DNA of 64,000 nucleotides. It comes from Dudresnaya verticillata (taxonomy: Eukaryota). Shown here piece by piece: positions 12,195-24,529 of the stretch. Location: positions 868,001 through 932,000 of the forward strand of contig OZ374559.1 in the NCBI GenBank assembly GCA_977862235.1, written 5' to 3'. Both the position numbers and the translations under genes were made by a program. The notes under the pieces are model-generated. The model was not told where the DNA came from and did no database searches. It saw only the letters and a list, made by a program, of their open reading frames with translations. Each line of letters starts with the position of its first letter. The stretch's first letter is position 1.

Positions 12195-13347
12195 TTAAAT
12201 CCGTGCTGGTACCCAGTCAAATGCCAATCTAGTTCTGTTTCGTTCAGAACTGATGTATCCCAAGCCTGGAAACTTTTCATGGTATGCCAAGACGAGATCC
12301 CCTCGTTTTTCCGCAAGGGACAGAATAAACAAGCGTGAAAAAAATGCACTCCTACGGCTAGTCTCATATTGAAACTCCCACTCTGGGTTTTGCAGTTGGT
12401 CTTCCTGCGAAGCGTTTGTTGGGAGGGCATAGAACGAGGTTAGAGAAAGATGATAATTATCAAGCTGTACTCCTATTTAAATGCAACCGCTGCTTGTTTT
12501 CGGATTCACAAAACGTAAAACGTACCCTTGAAACCCATGTATCTCCTACGGCGAGGAGGCGCTCGCCTTCGCATGTTATTTCTATTGCACACTGTCCTGG
12601 AGAATGGCCGGGGGTAGGAATAAATCGGATTCCCGGAAGAGGGCTTGAATTTCCAGTTACAAGATGCAAGCGCCCCTTGTAGGCTTCAGTGGCATTCTTA
12701 TACACAGAAGAGAAAAACTCTGAGCAATTAGACCAAAAAATAGAATGATACGTTAGCGCACTCACTGCTATGAGAGGTAGTCTTGAGGCTGCGGCTAGTA
12801 TTTGGAACGTACCTAAAGCCTGCAAGCTTGTGTCCGTAGCGTTTGGAATAAGTGGAGGATTAGACCAGAAGATATGTTCCCATGCACTGATAAATACCTT
12901 CGCATTCGGAAATGCTCGGCCGCCTCCCACCGCACGAATTCCATTGGTGTGGTCAAGATGGCCGTGCGTGAGTAATATTACATCGACTGATTCTGGAGAA
13001 ATACCAGCAGCCTTCATGTTGTCGAACAAGGCCCCAGAGTTTGGAGAATACTCCGAAGGTTGGTCTCCTCTGGAACCTGCATCAATCATGACTCGGCCAA
13101 CTCCGTGGAGATCAACGAAAAGCACATTCTGCTGCAGCGTGATGGGGTGAATTTTCCGACCGGATCTTTCATAAGATGCCCGTACTATCTCGTCTGGAAC
13201 GAGGAAAGGGTTGTTGTGGAAGAGAACCGGGCCGTCAGAAACTACAATGCCTTGAGAAGTACCCAGACGAAACCGTTTGAAGACCTCTCCAGCTGTGCAG
13301 AGTTGCAGTATCGATGCAACTATGATGACAGAAGAATACTTCGTCAT
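12195..13347 (-). CDS. Secreted MBL-fold metallo-hydrolase copy 4 (exons 13347-12813, 12719-12526, 12404-12195)
   Basis: Signal-like MTKYSSVIIVASILQLCTA. Motifs THGHLDH, GHSPGQ and VGDTW. Exon 3 reads EDQLQNPEWEFQYETS...AYHEKFPGLG...DWVPARI*. Confidence 0.92.
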
Positions 13348-15504
13348 GGCCTTCCTCGGTACAGCCCGTCTGAAGTCGTTGAAGCGAACTAGTTCACGTC
13401 TGCACTTGAAGGTTTGAAGTGCTTGTCCTTATAACTCTGGAATAGTATTACATTGCGGGCTAGATTGACTTCATCTCAATCTGGGTTAGTATAATGGTTG
13501 ACATTAGATAGTTTCTTAGCCAAGCACTATATTACATTATATTACTGCATACATCTCTCTGCGGTTTGATTACAAGCTCTCGGTGGGGACGGATAGAAGG
13601 AGCACAAATCACAATTCCGGGGCGGCATAGACTGGCAGTATAGGAGTACAGAATACCTTATTTCGAGCATCTGCCGCATTGATTCGACAAACACTTTGGG
13701 ACGGCGTGCTCTGTCATGCTTGCTGCCGGCACAGAGGCGTCCAGCGGTGTGACAGCAGTTTTCGAAGCAATCATATCTGTCCCATGACGCTGCACATCGC
13801 ACATACTCGAGATGCTGAGTTGTGCGAGAAGAAATACAGCATCCAGCAGCGAGGAGGGGCAGTGAAACAAGCTCGCAACCGTTCATCGGCAGGAAGCTGC
13901 TGCCTGAACGTTCCTCCCATGGCAGCGCAACGCTCTACTGCCAGGCGGCTCTGGATGCGTGTTGCTGGAGGCGCACATCGCTACTACGGCCAATAATATT
14001 TCCAAAAAGCAGACGATCGCTGCATGGATTTTCTCGTTCTGAACTGCCAATTGCATGCGGATTTTTATCCACTCCGGCAGCAACGCACAGTTTTGCATGT
14101 TTACCGAGAAAGTACTCGATTACCATGAGTGGAAACCTCCGTCTGGATACAGAATAAATGACTGACTAGAGATGTCCTGAAACCTTGACGAGATTGGACA
14201 AACGAACTCATGTTTTTCCAACTGCTGAGCTCCGGGGGTAGTGGAGACCTTTACGAAGGAAAGGGGAAAGCCGCAAAATGGAGCTTAGAAAGTAGGAGGC
14301 AAGGAGGAAGGAGGTGGAGAGAGCTTACGAAGATTAACACTAACTGCAACATATTGCAGTACCGGGGGCTCATGAAAATCTTTGTAATCCATGGGCCAAT
14401 GTTTGCAGATACGCTAACCGTGACAAGGCAGCTGATCTTGGACAGCTACGAGCTCGAGTATACATATTCTCCCCCAAGGGAGCGCTCCGCAAGTCATGTC
14501 ACCGTTGGCGGTATTTCTTATTGCGTTCTCATTAGAACATGATGAAAAACTCAGGCAGTGAAACTGAACACCGAGTCACAAAAGCGTGTGATGCTGCCGG
14601 TAATGCCGAAACAATGACACCATCCACAATATTCATTGCAGAATGTCACTCTCCACCATATCTGCATGACTACAATCATTTTCGATCCGCCCGAGCAAAC
14701 GTGTCTCGACAAACCATAAAGAAAAATATTTGTTAGCTGCATTGTCTCCTCGCTCCTTTCCAGAGACCAGAGCAGTTGAAGTCGCGATAGCTGCTTTCGA
14801 ATAGAACGGTTAATTACCAAGTTGGGATTTCACACTGCCGCCGGGCTTCCCCTGGATACAATCCTTTAAATAGATTGGAGAACGGGCCCTCCCCTTGAGG
14901 AGACTCCCACAGTTACTACGGACTGGGACCGGAACCGGTGCTAAGTTACAGGGAGATGGGCAGGAGGGTTATTGTCTGAGCTTCTGAGATGATGGGCGAG
15001 GCCGAAACGGAGGGGGAAGGTGAGATGGTGGTGACAAGGTAGATTCGGTTTGAGGAGCTTCTTGCGGCTTTGGCTGCTTTGTGGGAGGGAGTAGCTTGTG
15101 AAGGTCGACCGCTTTTGCGGGTGGGCAGCGGAGAAGCTTAGGCTTTAATAACCTTTTGCACCGTGGATTTAATCAGAGCTACAGGGAAGAGAGCGAGCTC
15201 GAAAATGCAACTCAGCTGGACTGTCGCCGACTCACCGCCCTGTTGCGATATAGAAAGACTCGGGGAAAGCGCCTCGCCTGCCACTGCCATAGCAGAATTT
15301 GGATCCGGCCTGGCTTTTCCGCTACTATTTTCCGTTTGCCACGAAATCCGTCTCAGTCCTTGTTCGTTCCCGTACCGTCGCATAGATAAAACAGATTCTT
15401 CAAATACATATCAAAAGTTCAGCAACAGTTTGAATACTCTAAATCAAGGCATGGCACATTCCTAACACATACATCAACAAAGGGTTCATTTGTTTTAGAT
15501 CAAT

Positions 15505-15750
15505 AGCACCATCCCTTTATTCGGAAGATCCACAAGAACCCCGTAAGGAGGCTTAAGCGGTAGTTTTTCTAATTCGGCAGTCGAAGAGCTTACGCTGGTT
15601 AACCGCGACTGCTACGCGCTGAAGCACTAAGGAGGTGAGACGTGAGAGGAGGGAATGTTTCTCAGCACAAAGGGCAGAACCCTTCATCACAGCGAGGAAA
15701 TTTGCGATGCATTGCCCGCCGCGATCCAAACCGGGACCAATAGAGCCGTA
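15505..15750 (-). mobile_element. CRE-like retrotransposon 3' fragment
   Basis: YGSIGPGLDRGGQCIANFLAVMKG...LVLQRVAVAVNQRKLFD matches the CRE ORF2 C-terminus, followed by hairpin GCCTCCTTACGGGGT and AATAAA. Confidence 0.78.
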
Positions 15751-15759
15751 GCCGGGAAC

Positions 15760-16064
15760 GAGTACGCTGGCACGAGTTTTGGTGAGGGTGGGTTGAACAG
15801 CGTGGGGTATGCGGCTGTGCTGTTGTGACGTGCGGGGCTCGCTCCGTGCTCGGCGCGTGATGTTTGGTGATACGGTGTCTCGGACGAGACTGGGTGTGCA
15901 GAGCGACGCGGCCAGAGCTTTTATTTGTTGCCGACTCGCTTGCGCTCCGATTCCCAACGCGCGCGGCGGGAAAACCGCATGAGCGAAATTTCGCGGGAAC
16001 CTCAACGGCGCATTTGCAGTACTGACTCGTGCCCGGGTTTTGGTGAGGGTGGGTTGAACAGCGT
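15760..16064 (-). repeat. GC-rich unit of about 260 bp bounded by about 30-bp direct repeats; homolog at 37531-37727 (+)
   Basis: GTTTTGGTGAGGGTGGGTTGAACAGCGTG at about 15776 and 16037. The interior matches 37531-37680 in inverted orientation. Confidence 0.7.
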
Positions 16065-17460
16065 GCAACAGTATCGGGAGGTGGTCAGATTTCAGGAGAC
16101 TCTCATGAGGAATATCAAGACTTTGCGGAAGCAGGAAATCGCGGCCCGAAACCGACCGCTTCCGGACCCGCGAGGGATCTCTGGGGCAGGCAAAGACTGT
16201 GCGGCTGTGCTGAAAAACATCCGTTCCGTTCATGTGCTCGAGTCTCGAATCAAAGGACTCGACCACATTCAAGCGACAGAATTGATGAACATTGCCGAGG
16301 AGAAGGTGCTCGTCAAGCAGATCTGTTTTCTGCAGCATCGAGGGCGAGAATTTGTTCACGTTCTCGAAGGAGCCCAAGAGCAGAAGGCAGCACAGTCCGA
16401 ATCCTGCACCGAGGCGAGACAAAAACTCAAACGCGCAAAAGCAACTCAACAGCTGGTCATTGAGGCTGCTGTGGAGAGACTCCAACATCAACGGAGGTTG
16501 CTGGAAGAATTATGGAACGAGCGGCAGCATGAGATTGAGGCACTGGACCCGTTTTGCCTTTGTCGAAATACAGACCTTTACGGCACTGTAGCCGTTAGGA
16601 TCCACACGTGGTCGTCGATAAACGGCCCTCAAAAGGGCTGCTTCGGTTAGCACGAGTGCAAGAGCTGCACGCTCGGAACGGCTCTCAAAAGAGCTGACTG
16701 AGGGCGGAGCAATTGATTCCAATGGTAGCGGAGGTTGATTCAAACGTAGACACTAGTTGAGTGTTCCGTGGTTCTTTGAACTTGTCTTCCATTAGTTACA
16801 AACGCAAAGCGTTGCACCGTCTCCGGTCTGTAGCGTGTGCTAGACTAGTTCCCTAGATTGTTTGGTTGTTGTTCTGTTTTGTAATCGTTGGCTTCTCTTT
16901 ACTTTGTTGCTGACGTCGGAATAGTTCTTGTACTGAGTTTCACCCTCCACGCGAACGTGGAATTGAATGCAACTACTGACAATATTCAGTGACAATTGAC
17001 ACTGCATGCTACTCTATCTTGACCACCCATTTATAATCTCCGGCCAAGGCTGAGCCAGATTGACTTCGCTCGAAGTCCTCTATACCTACCCAAGTTGAAC
17101 GACAGCCTTACCGTCAACCGGAGGGCGGAAAGGGGAAGACTGGCAGAGTTGAAAGGCGGCATCCAAAGACTTCGGGAAGACTTTGGAAACAAAATGGACT
17201 TGTGGCGGCTGAATGAGCGCATTCATTTTGCCCAGAGCAGTATCGCCCCAGGAGCCCTACATCAGTCTCATCATCATCGCGGTGCTCCGGCACCAGACCT
17301 GCGAGAGGATCTGAAGGCCATTTTCAATGGTTCAGTACAAGGCCCTGAACAGGTCGATGGTAATGATGTCGTCACAAAGTCTGTCGCCTACGCAACGACG
17401 GTTCTTCCCCCGCCAGTGTTATTCAGAGCACTCACAGACCGCTTGTGGGGGCCCGAGTGA
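16065..17460 (+). pseudogene. 5'-truncated copy of the Bfr1/PPI1-like coiled-coil ORF, interrupted by a solo LTR
   Basis: Translation matches 42363-43215 on both sides of the 16561-17104 insert. Confidence 0.75.
16561..17104. mobile_element. Solo LTR, family A
   Basis: TGTCG...CGACA termini and TSD GCCTT (16556-16560 / 17105-17109). Empty site at about 42854. Confidence 0.92.
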
Positions 17461-18689
17461 TCGGTAAATACTCCAAGAGGGTTCTTGAGGGTTTCGAGGA
17501 TGTTACGATATGTGCCTTTGCCCGCAAAAGTGACCTGAGTAAACGATGAGCTCGGGAGGCGGAGGCTCCTCGAAACCCCTCAAGAAATCAAGTTCCTCAG
17601 CCTGACGCACACTTGTCAATACCTCATCACTCCATCCTCAAATCCCGCGTTGATCATTGGGGGTGTTCCATCCTTAGTCAAACGGAGGAAACGGCTACAG
17701 CGGCTCTCGGGGTGCCGGTGGCCATGGTGCACGCGGACAAGAACCTCAGCCAACCCTCTCCGAAGCGCCAGTGTTTGCCACGCCACTGGTGAGTCGCCAA
17801 CTGCCGGGCCCATGCCGCACTTGCACTTGCTTTCCACCCGCAACGGGCACCCTAGGCCGACGTTTCCTATCGACATTTTCTCTGCGAGCAACTAGGCCGG
17901 GCGTTGAACCCGCATGCCCAGACGCACCGGTACACCAGCTTGACCAAGCTCTAGAAGTGAGTTGCCAACGGCTCTCGTTGGTTCGCGTTGGTTCATTTGC
18001 CACGCGCTGTACTGCGTGATACGAACTGCTAACTGCTTCTCGCCCCTATGCGCTCTCGCTTCGGCGAACAAGTCGGATACAGTAACGGGAGAAATCGGGC
18101 CGAAATTGCAACGTCGCAATGCGTTGCGCTTCGTATGCGAAGGGATTAGTAAACCGGTGTTGCGAGTTTCGCTGTCTGTGTCTGAAGCTGGGTTGAGGAT
18201 GACGCCAGGCACGGGCGCATGTAGTCTGGAGAAGCGCGGCGGTGGCCAGGTGTTGGATTGGACACGATGCTTGCACTCCGACGACAAGCCAACCTCACAG
18301 GTTGTGATGGTATGTTCGGTTCGGACATACCCAATGTTGCGGGACGCGGCGCGTCACACTCGGGCTCAGGGAGATGGCTGATGCCGATTGCACTATCTGC
18401 CAATCTTCGACAATGTTCCGAACAGCCATAAAAGCCCTGGCCGGACCACAAGATCGTGTGGTTCACGCGGGACTTGGGCCAGATGGCGTACAACTATGGA
18501 AAGTTCTGCCAGCACAACAATAACATTGAGCTACGGTTTGGGATCAGGTACGAGCGCACGGGGCGGCACAAGGCGGTTGCAAGCCCCGCGTCGTTACTGT
18601 CGGCCATCGTGTCAGGAGTTGGGGCCGACGCCGTACCCAAGGGCACTGAGGGACTGTGAGACCGTGTGCGCTTGAATGGTGACAGATCG

Positions 18690-18947
18690 ACAGCTTGTCG
18701 CATGGTGCCCAAAGAAGTCAAGGATTGAAACCTGAGCGGGTATGCCCTGGAGACAAGCAGGACATGAGCGATCACCACGGAAGATCACGACACCCAGTCT
18801 GAGTTTTAGCTTGGTGAGCCATACTTCGGGTTGTACACGGGTAAAAAAAAGACCGTATCGGAGAGCACTGAAAGGGCGGCTAGACTTCACAGTAAAGGTA
18901 GAAAGAAGCCGTAATCAGGCACGAGATCTATTCTGACCACTCATCTG
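18690..18947 (-). mobile_element. Old degenerate CRE-like copy, part 1 (continues at 26936-27360)
   Basis: SSRPFSALRY...RVQPEVWLTKLKLRLGV..DRSCPAC..FGHHATSC matches CRE ORF2. Uninterrupted junction at 46551-46590. Confidence 0.8.
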
Positions 18948-19978
18948 CGACGATTGGGCAGCTCAGAGCAGCATGCTGTGGTCCGTCTCCAAATGCCACA
19001 TTCTTTTGCCAGACCGACACCGTCTCCGCCCCAGCACCTCAGCATTCTGCATTGCCCAGCAACGCATCCCTGTATCGACCAGCTGCCGATATTTGGGAGT
19101 CGAGCTCACCTGCCGTGGTCTTGGCTCCAGTGAAACGCTCCTACGGCTCAAGAAAGCGGCGCAAGCCATCGGCCGGCTCCTACATTTGCGGCATCTGTCT
19201 TCCCTCATGCCACCGCGCGCCGTTCAAATAGCGTACAGAATGTTTGTGGCCCCAGCCATCGAGTATGCCCTCACGATCACGCCACCTACCCACGCCATTC
19301 TGCAGCAACTCGATGCCGTTGACGCCGCATTCTTCCGTGCCGTCATTGCCCAACGTACTCCCCGCATGCCACCCTCCCGGCTGCAAAAACTGCGGGCTCT
19401 TTATCGGTTACCGGACATGGTCCGTCGTCACTGCCACCTCCAACACTCCCTCGTCCGCACTCTACAGGCAACCGCGCGTAATAGGAACCCCAAGACACGC
19501 TGGGCTTCTTGACAGGCCCTTGACGCCCTCGCACAACCCGCTGATTCGGCTATGCGCTGCGTTACACTACATCCATGCCGTCTTTCACACCTCCAACTGG
19601 AACTATTGCAACACTGGCGATCCATACTGCAGCATGGTCGCCGACCAGTCCCTTGTCCCAGTGTACAGCACTTCCCGCTTCGCACCCGCACTACAGTTCG
19701 CATCCGCCACACGCTGCATCCTTGCCATCCGCTGGCATCTTGGGACCTTCCCTATTCCTCCACGTTCCTCAACTACGGCCTCACGCGCCCGCGAACTGCG
19801 CCAGACACTTCACCTCCTTTCCCGCCCTGACTTGCGCCCCGCTTTGTTCACAACCTTGGGCGACTCCATCGATGCCATCCCCCGCATCGGCTACAGCGCC
19901 CCCGATCCCCGCCCGCTACCCCCTCTTCGCACTCCACGTAGTGTGTTAGCTCATAGGCCACTGCACTGCCGAAGCAGA
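18944..19978 (+). mobile_element. 5'-truncated LINE (RWHLGTFP family); its 3' tail continues at 24476-24521
   Basis: ICDDWAAQSSMLWSVSKC..RYLGV (RT thumb) and IRWHLGTFPIPP. TSD ACCACTCA (18936-18943 / 24522-24529). Confidence 0.82.
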
Positions 19979-20029
19979 GATGGAGACCTTTATGCATAGG
20001 AAAGACTACAGCCCCGTAAGGGGGCTTAT

Positions 20030-23000
20030 CTAAAACTCATCTGAAAGGCGACGGTCGAAGAGTAAACGGCGGTTAACAGCCACCGCGACAGATTGAAGTA
20101 CAAGAGAGGTGAGGTGGGTGAGAAGAGATAGTTTCTCAGATATCGGCGAAGTGCCCTTCATAGCAGCTAAGAAATTCGCCACGCGCTGAGCGCCTCGATC
20201 GAACCCAGAACCAATGGCACCATAGATGTCCATCACCATAGGATGGAGTTCTATCCGGTTGGTAGAACATAAGCGACGATAATGACGGGCTTTAGCTTGC
20301 TCGCGGCGGTGAATAGCTTGATGTTGAGAGCGAGGCGTTTTGGACAGTGTAGTTGGATGGTGTGGGGTCACCACGGAGACGTCAAATGCTTGCGGGAGGG
20401 GAGCAAACGCAGGGTCATCAATATAGAGATCCATACGAAGATGGTCACGTCGGTCTTCTTCGAAACGGTCTTCAGTACGTTGTAATTGACGGGCATCGCG
20501 ACGCCTTTCTGAAGCAGTGCGTGCAGAAGACGCCATAACTCGGGAATCCCCAGTCTCCTCTAGGTAGGAAAAGTTGCGTTCAAGCTGAACAGTAACGCCA
20601 TGGTTCCGAGCAGTATTACGAAAGAAAGCCCCAAGTTGATTTCGGAGGGTATCATGGCGGCGAATGCTGCCAGTTCCCGATCGACAGATTGTGGCATGGT
20701 GTCCAAAGATATCAAGGAGTGGAACTTCAGCGGATGTGCCATGGAGACAAGCAGGACAAGGGCGATCACCACGGAAGATCGCCACACCCAGTCTGAGTTT
20801 GAGCATGGTGAGCCATATGTCGGGTTGCACGCGGGTAGAAGAAGATGCGTATGGGAGGGCACTGAAAGGGCGGCTAGAGTTGACAGTAGAGGTAGATTGA
20901 ATCCGTACTCGGGCACGAGAGCTATGCTGAGTAGTCATGTGGGACATGAGGTCGTTTCGCAATTTTCGTTGAATATAGGGAAGAAGATCTTGGGACAATG
21001 CGGGAACGACACCATGACCTATGGAAGATGCGGCCGACAAGATAGAAGAAACACTGCATTTTTCACGATCTTCACGGAGTAGTTGCTGTTCGCGAATGTT
21101 ATGAAGAGACGGGGCGAGGAAGTGGTGCAAAGTAGGAGAATCAAAAGGTACCAGGCATCGAATCCAGGCGAGAGAGGACAGAACGGAGGTGATATAGCTG
21201 CAGTGGGCAATGTGACGGGCATTTGTAAGACCTAGTCCACCGTGTCGCATGGGAAGCGAAACCATATCCTAGGATTCATCCGACAGTGGAAAGTGTGTGT
21301 GCTCAAACACTCCACGCATGCCACAGTCATGTGTTAATGAAATGGCTTGGGTTAGTTGCGGGGGAGTGCATCGCAGTAGGTATGAAAGCTTGGAAGTTCC
21401 AGCACAGTACCGTAATAAATGAAAAACGAGTTGAGGATCATTAAGCTGCTTCAGTTGGGCCCAGAAATATTGGATGGGCTCATGCTTAGTTCTTAGATGT
21501 TGTAAACAGCCCTCAGTACTGCCAATAGGGGCGCCCAGAACTGTGATAAAAGAATGATTGTTGATAGGACAACCTAGGGAGGTGGAACGAGAAACACGAC
21601 GGGACGATAAAGGAGGCCACCAAGCTTCTGTTTTCCCCACTGCTATGTGCAGATTGAAACCAATTTTGGGGCCTTGGGTCTTTAGAAACTGGATAACATC
21701 GAAAGCAATAGAACGCGGAACAGCAACATGAATGTCATCAGCATATGCAGCAAGAAGTTTGATGGAGGCGAACGTAGAGAGCATGTTGATGAGCAGGGGA
21801 TGAATCGCGAGAGCAAAAAGTAGCATGCTCAACGGATCACCCTGCTGTGTACCTGTCCGACTGAACAACTGAAACTGACCAAATAGAAGAACGGGTTCAG
21901 TCGAGAAAAGGAAATGCACAAACTTTGCAATGCCAGGAGCTCTTGCGATAACTTCACTGAGAATAATAGAACGCTCAACACAGTTAAAAGCGTTGGTGGC
22001 ATCAAGCTTAAGAAGGACATAGTCTTGCTCAGTATTAGACTCCACGAAAGAACGTATGGCGTGAATAATAGATTCGGCTCCATGAGGGATTCCCACTGCA
22101 AACTGATGAGGAAGCAGGTATTCACGAATAGTATTGCCCTGGGCAATCTTCTTCATCAACAGGCGGGCAACGAAACGACGAAGGATGCCACCAATGGCAA
22201 TAGGACGAAGCTTAGAAACACACGATGGGAGCTTCGGAAGACCCAGAAGCAAGGCACCCCCAAACCAATCACTGTAGCGAGGAGGTAAAGAGCCCGTAGC
22301 ACATTTGTTGACAAAGGCGGTCAGAGCCACGATTGCAGAGTGGGATGGCTCCGAACCACCCGGGGCATGCGTTAACGCCTTCAGATGAAGCGGACGGAGA
22401 CCATCCGGGCCAGGTGAGCTGTGTACTGGAAGACTTCTAAGAGCCCGTCTTACATCCGCCTCGTTGAATGTATATGCAGCTGGGAGTGATTGTGGCAAGC
22501 GGGGTTTAACTGGAATTTCCGGACGCGGGTGAAGCGATTCCATGACCGTCTTGGTATTGGGATTAGCAATAACAGTAGAAGTAGTAGAGCACAAAGCGCG
22601 CGCAGCCTTACTGATGGCCCCCTCGGCCATAAACCGACGGCATTGGCGGAAAGGATCAACTATAGGTTGGCAAGAAGTATTGGGAAGCGAGGGAAAGGCA
22701 CTGGAGGCTTGCTCCCAAAGGTCATTCCATTGCCCGCGAATTGCCAGTTGAATGCGGTCACGCAAACGGCGAATCAGTGCAGCCTTATTGCATTTTCTGG
22801 GTTCTCCGCGTCCATTAAACCGTAGCACGAGCTTTGCCACAGCACAAACACGAGCGAAGCGTTCTTCTTTTTCAGTACATGTAGAAGCGACTGCGAATCG
22901 GTTAAAAAGATGGAAGCATAAAGCGTGCCAGTCCGCACGAAGACAATTTGGAATATATTTGACGGTGGGGATATGAAGTGCAAAGACGATGTCCGGACGA

Positions 23001-23035
23001 GGGCATTTTTGAAAGAGGGTTGTTGTTTCTTCCAT
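20030..23035 (-). pseudogene. CRE ORF2: reverse transcriptase, Zn motif and restriction-like endonuclease, with one in-frame TAG at 21269-21271
   Basis: RT motifs SSPGPDG, LRPIAIG, QFAVG, KLDATNAFN, GTQQGDPLS and YADD. C-terminal CPAC..HATIC, RRHD, RMD..FDVSV, K.RHY and PMVMDIYG. The frame continues across the stop. Confidence 0.9.
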
Positions 23036-24135
23036 TAATCAGCCGCAGGCATCGCAGTGTCGGTTGCATCTGGGCACAAAGCCGACGGAGGAGCGGACGG
23101 ATGGGAATCAAGAACAGTGGTCCATCCATCAGAATCGGGTCTAGAATAACGGGGATACACACGCGATGGTCGGGAAGAAGCAGCGCCCGCCGGGGGTTCG
23201 GTAAGACTCGGTAGCGTGCGCCCGAGTGAAGTCATTCGTTCTTCTAGTGCTTCATACTCTGAGCGCAGTGCCAGAGAAAAGTATTTTCGAGGAGCCCAGG
23301 TACAGCTTGTAGCGTCGAGACGATTGATCTCATTTCGTAGCGGTCGCGCAATTGTATTGAGATCTTCACTCGACGTCAATACATTCTTGAGAGCGATTGG
23401 TGGGGAAAAGGTCAAATGGGGGGCATCGAAGTTGTCCGATTCTTTTGCCAGAGCAGTAAACGAATTGTACGCAGCTTCCGTGTAGGTGAGATCACGTAGC
23501 GAAGCACAGACATAGAACACGGTGGGGTCTTCAGAGCGGACGATAGCACATGAGCCAGGGAAACCACCTTGCTTGAGCGCTTTGCGGAATTCAGCAGGCG
23601 AAGCAAGCGGGGGAGCGCCAGTGGCAGTACGGACCGCAATAAAGCGCTTTTGATCCCCACCGAACAAGACGCGGTTCGTACGGCGAACAGAACCTGCGAA
23701 TTTTCGAGACAGCGGTGTTGTACCAGCATTGGAATGCTCCACGAGGCCCTTGCGACCCAATACTGGAAGCTGATGAACCGGTTTAGGGGCGGGACCAGTT
23801 GTCGTAGCCGCTAAATACGAAGGTCTTGGCGGGGTCGAAGGAGAGGATGAAGGTTTCGCAGAAACAGCAGAGTCAGCAGAGAAGTGTGAAAAGATGCGAA
23901 GCAGGGACTGAAAGTGGGGGTTGTGCTCGAACGTGGGTAAGAGCGCCTTCACACGAGGCAGGTCGGCCAGAGTGGAGAGGAAGGTGTCCACAGCGGTAGG
24001 ATTTTGAAGGTCAACGACCTTGTCCAATAGTGCAGCAGAGGTAGCCATGAAATCGACGGTAGCGTGGGTCAAAGCAACAAACGCGTCTTGGTGTACGTCC
24101 TGGGTAGAGCGTTTGGCCTGATTGGACAGCGACAT
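23035..24135 (-). CDS. CRE element ORF1 (function unknown)
   Basis: Open frame from ATG 24135 (MSLSNQ...). Its stop overlaps the ORF2 start as TAATG at 23037-23033. Confidence 0.7.
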   Translation of the reverse strand: MSLSNQAKRSTQDVHQDAFVALTHATVDFMATSAALLDKVVDLQNPTAVDTFLSTLADLPRVKALLPTFEHNPHFQSLLRIFSHFSADSAVSAKPSSSPSTPPRPSYLAATTTGPAPKPVHQLPVLGRKGLVEHSNAGTTPLSRKFAGSVRRTNRVLFGGDQKRFIAVRTATGAPPLASPAEFRKALKQGGFPGSCAIVRSEDPTVFYVCASLRDLTYTEAAYNSFTALAKESDNFDAPHLTFSPPIALKNVLTSSEDLNTIARPLRNEINRLDATSCTWAPRKYFSLALRSEYEALEERMTSLGRTLPSLTEPPAGAASSRPSRVYPRYSRPDSDGWTTVLDSHPSAPPSALCPDATDTAMPAAD

Positions 24136-24529
24136 ATTGGGAAAAGATAGAGGGTAACACAGCACTGCGAGATGGAGTCGAACCGGAGTGGAAGCAGCGC
24201 CAAGCGTGAAGACGTAACACAAAGGAGTAGCACGAACTCGAACAGCAAGTTCTCCCCCCGAAGCGCGCGGGAAGAATACGCCGGCGACGGCAGCGAAAAG
24301 CGGTGCACTAACGCGCGGCAGGGCGGGGAAGAGGAAGAAACAAAGCACGGAAAGATTGAGGCCAGAATGCAGAAACAAGGGCTCAATAAGCAGAGCAGGG
24401 GAAAGAGAGTCTATGTAAAATAATAAGAGATGAGATAGATGAGAGATGGAGAATTAAGCAGAGCGGAATCATTTTCTGCCGAAGCAGACGCACTCTAAAT
24501 CAGGTTGAGTAAAATTATACAACCACTCA

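Larger units (their letters stand above)
19979..24475 (-). mobile_element. Full-length CRE-clade non-LTR retrotransposon (ORF1 plus RT/REL ORF2)
   Basis: TSD CTGCCGAAGCAGA (19966-19978 / 24476-24488). 3' hairpin GCCCCCTTACGGGGC and ...AAAGGTCTCCATC tail. Confidence 0.9.

Noticed and set aside
15553..16491. 312-aa minus-strand ORF
   Set aside because: Chimera of antisense coiled-coil sequence, the leader repeat and a CRE C-terminus.
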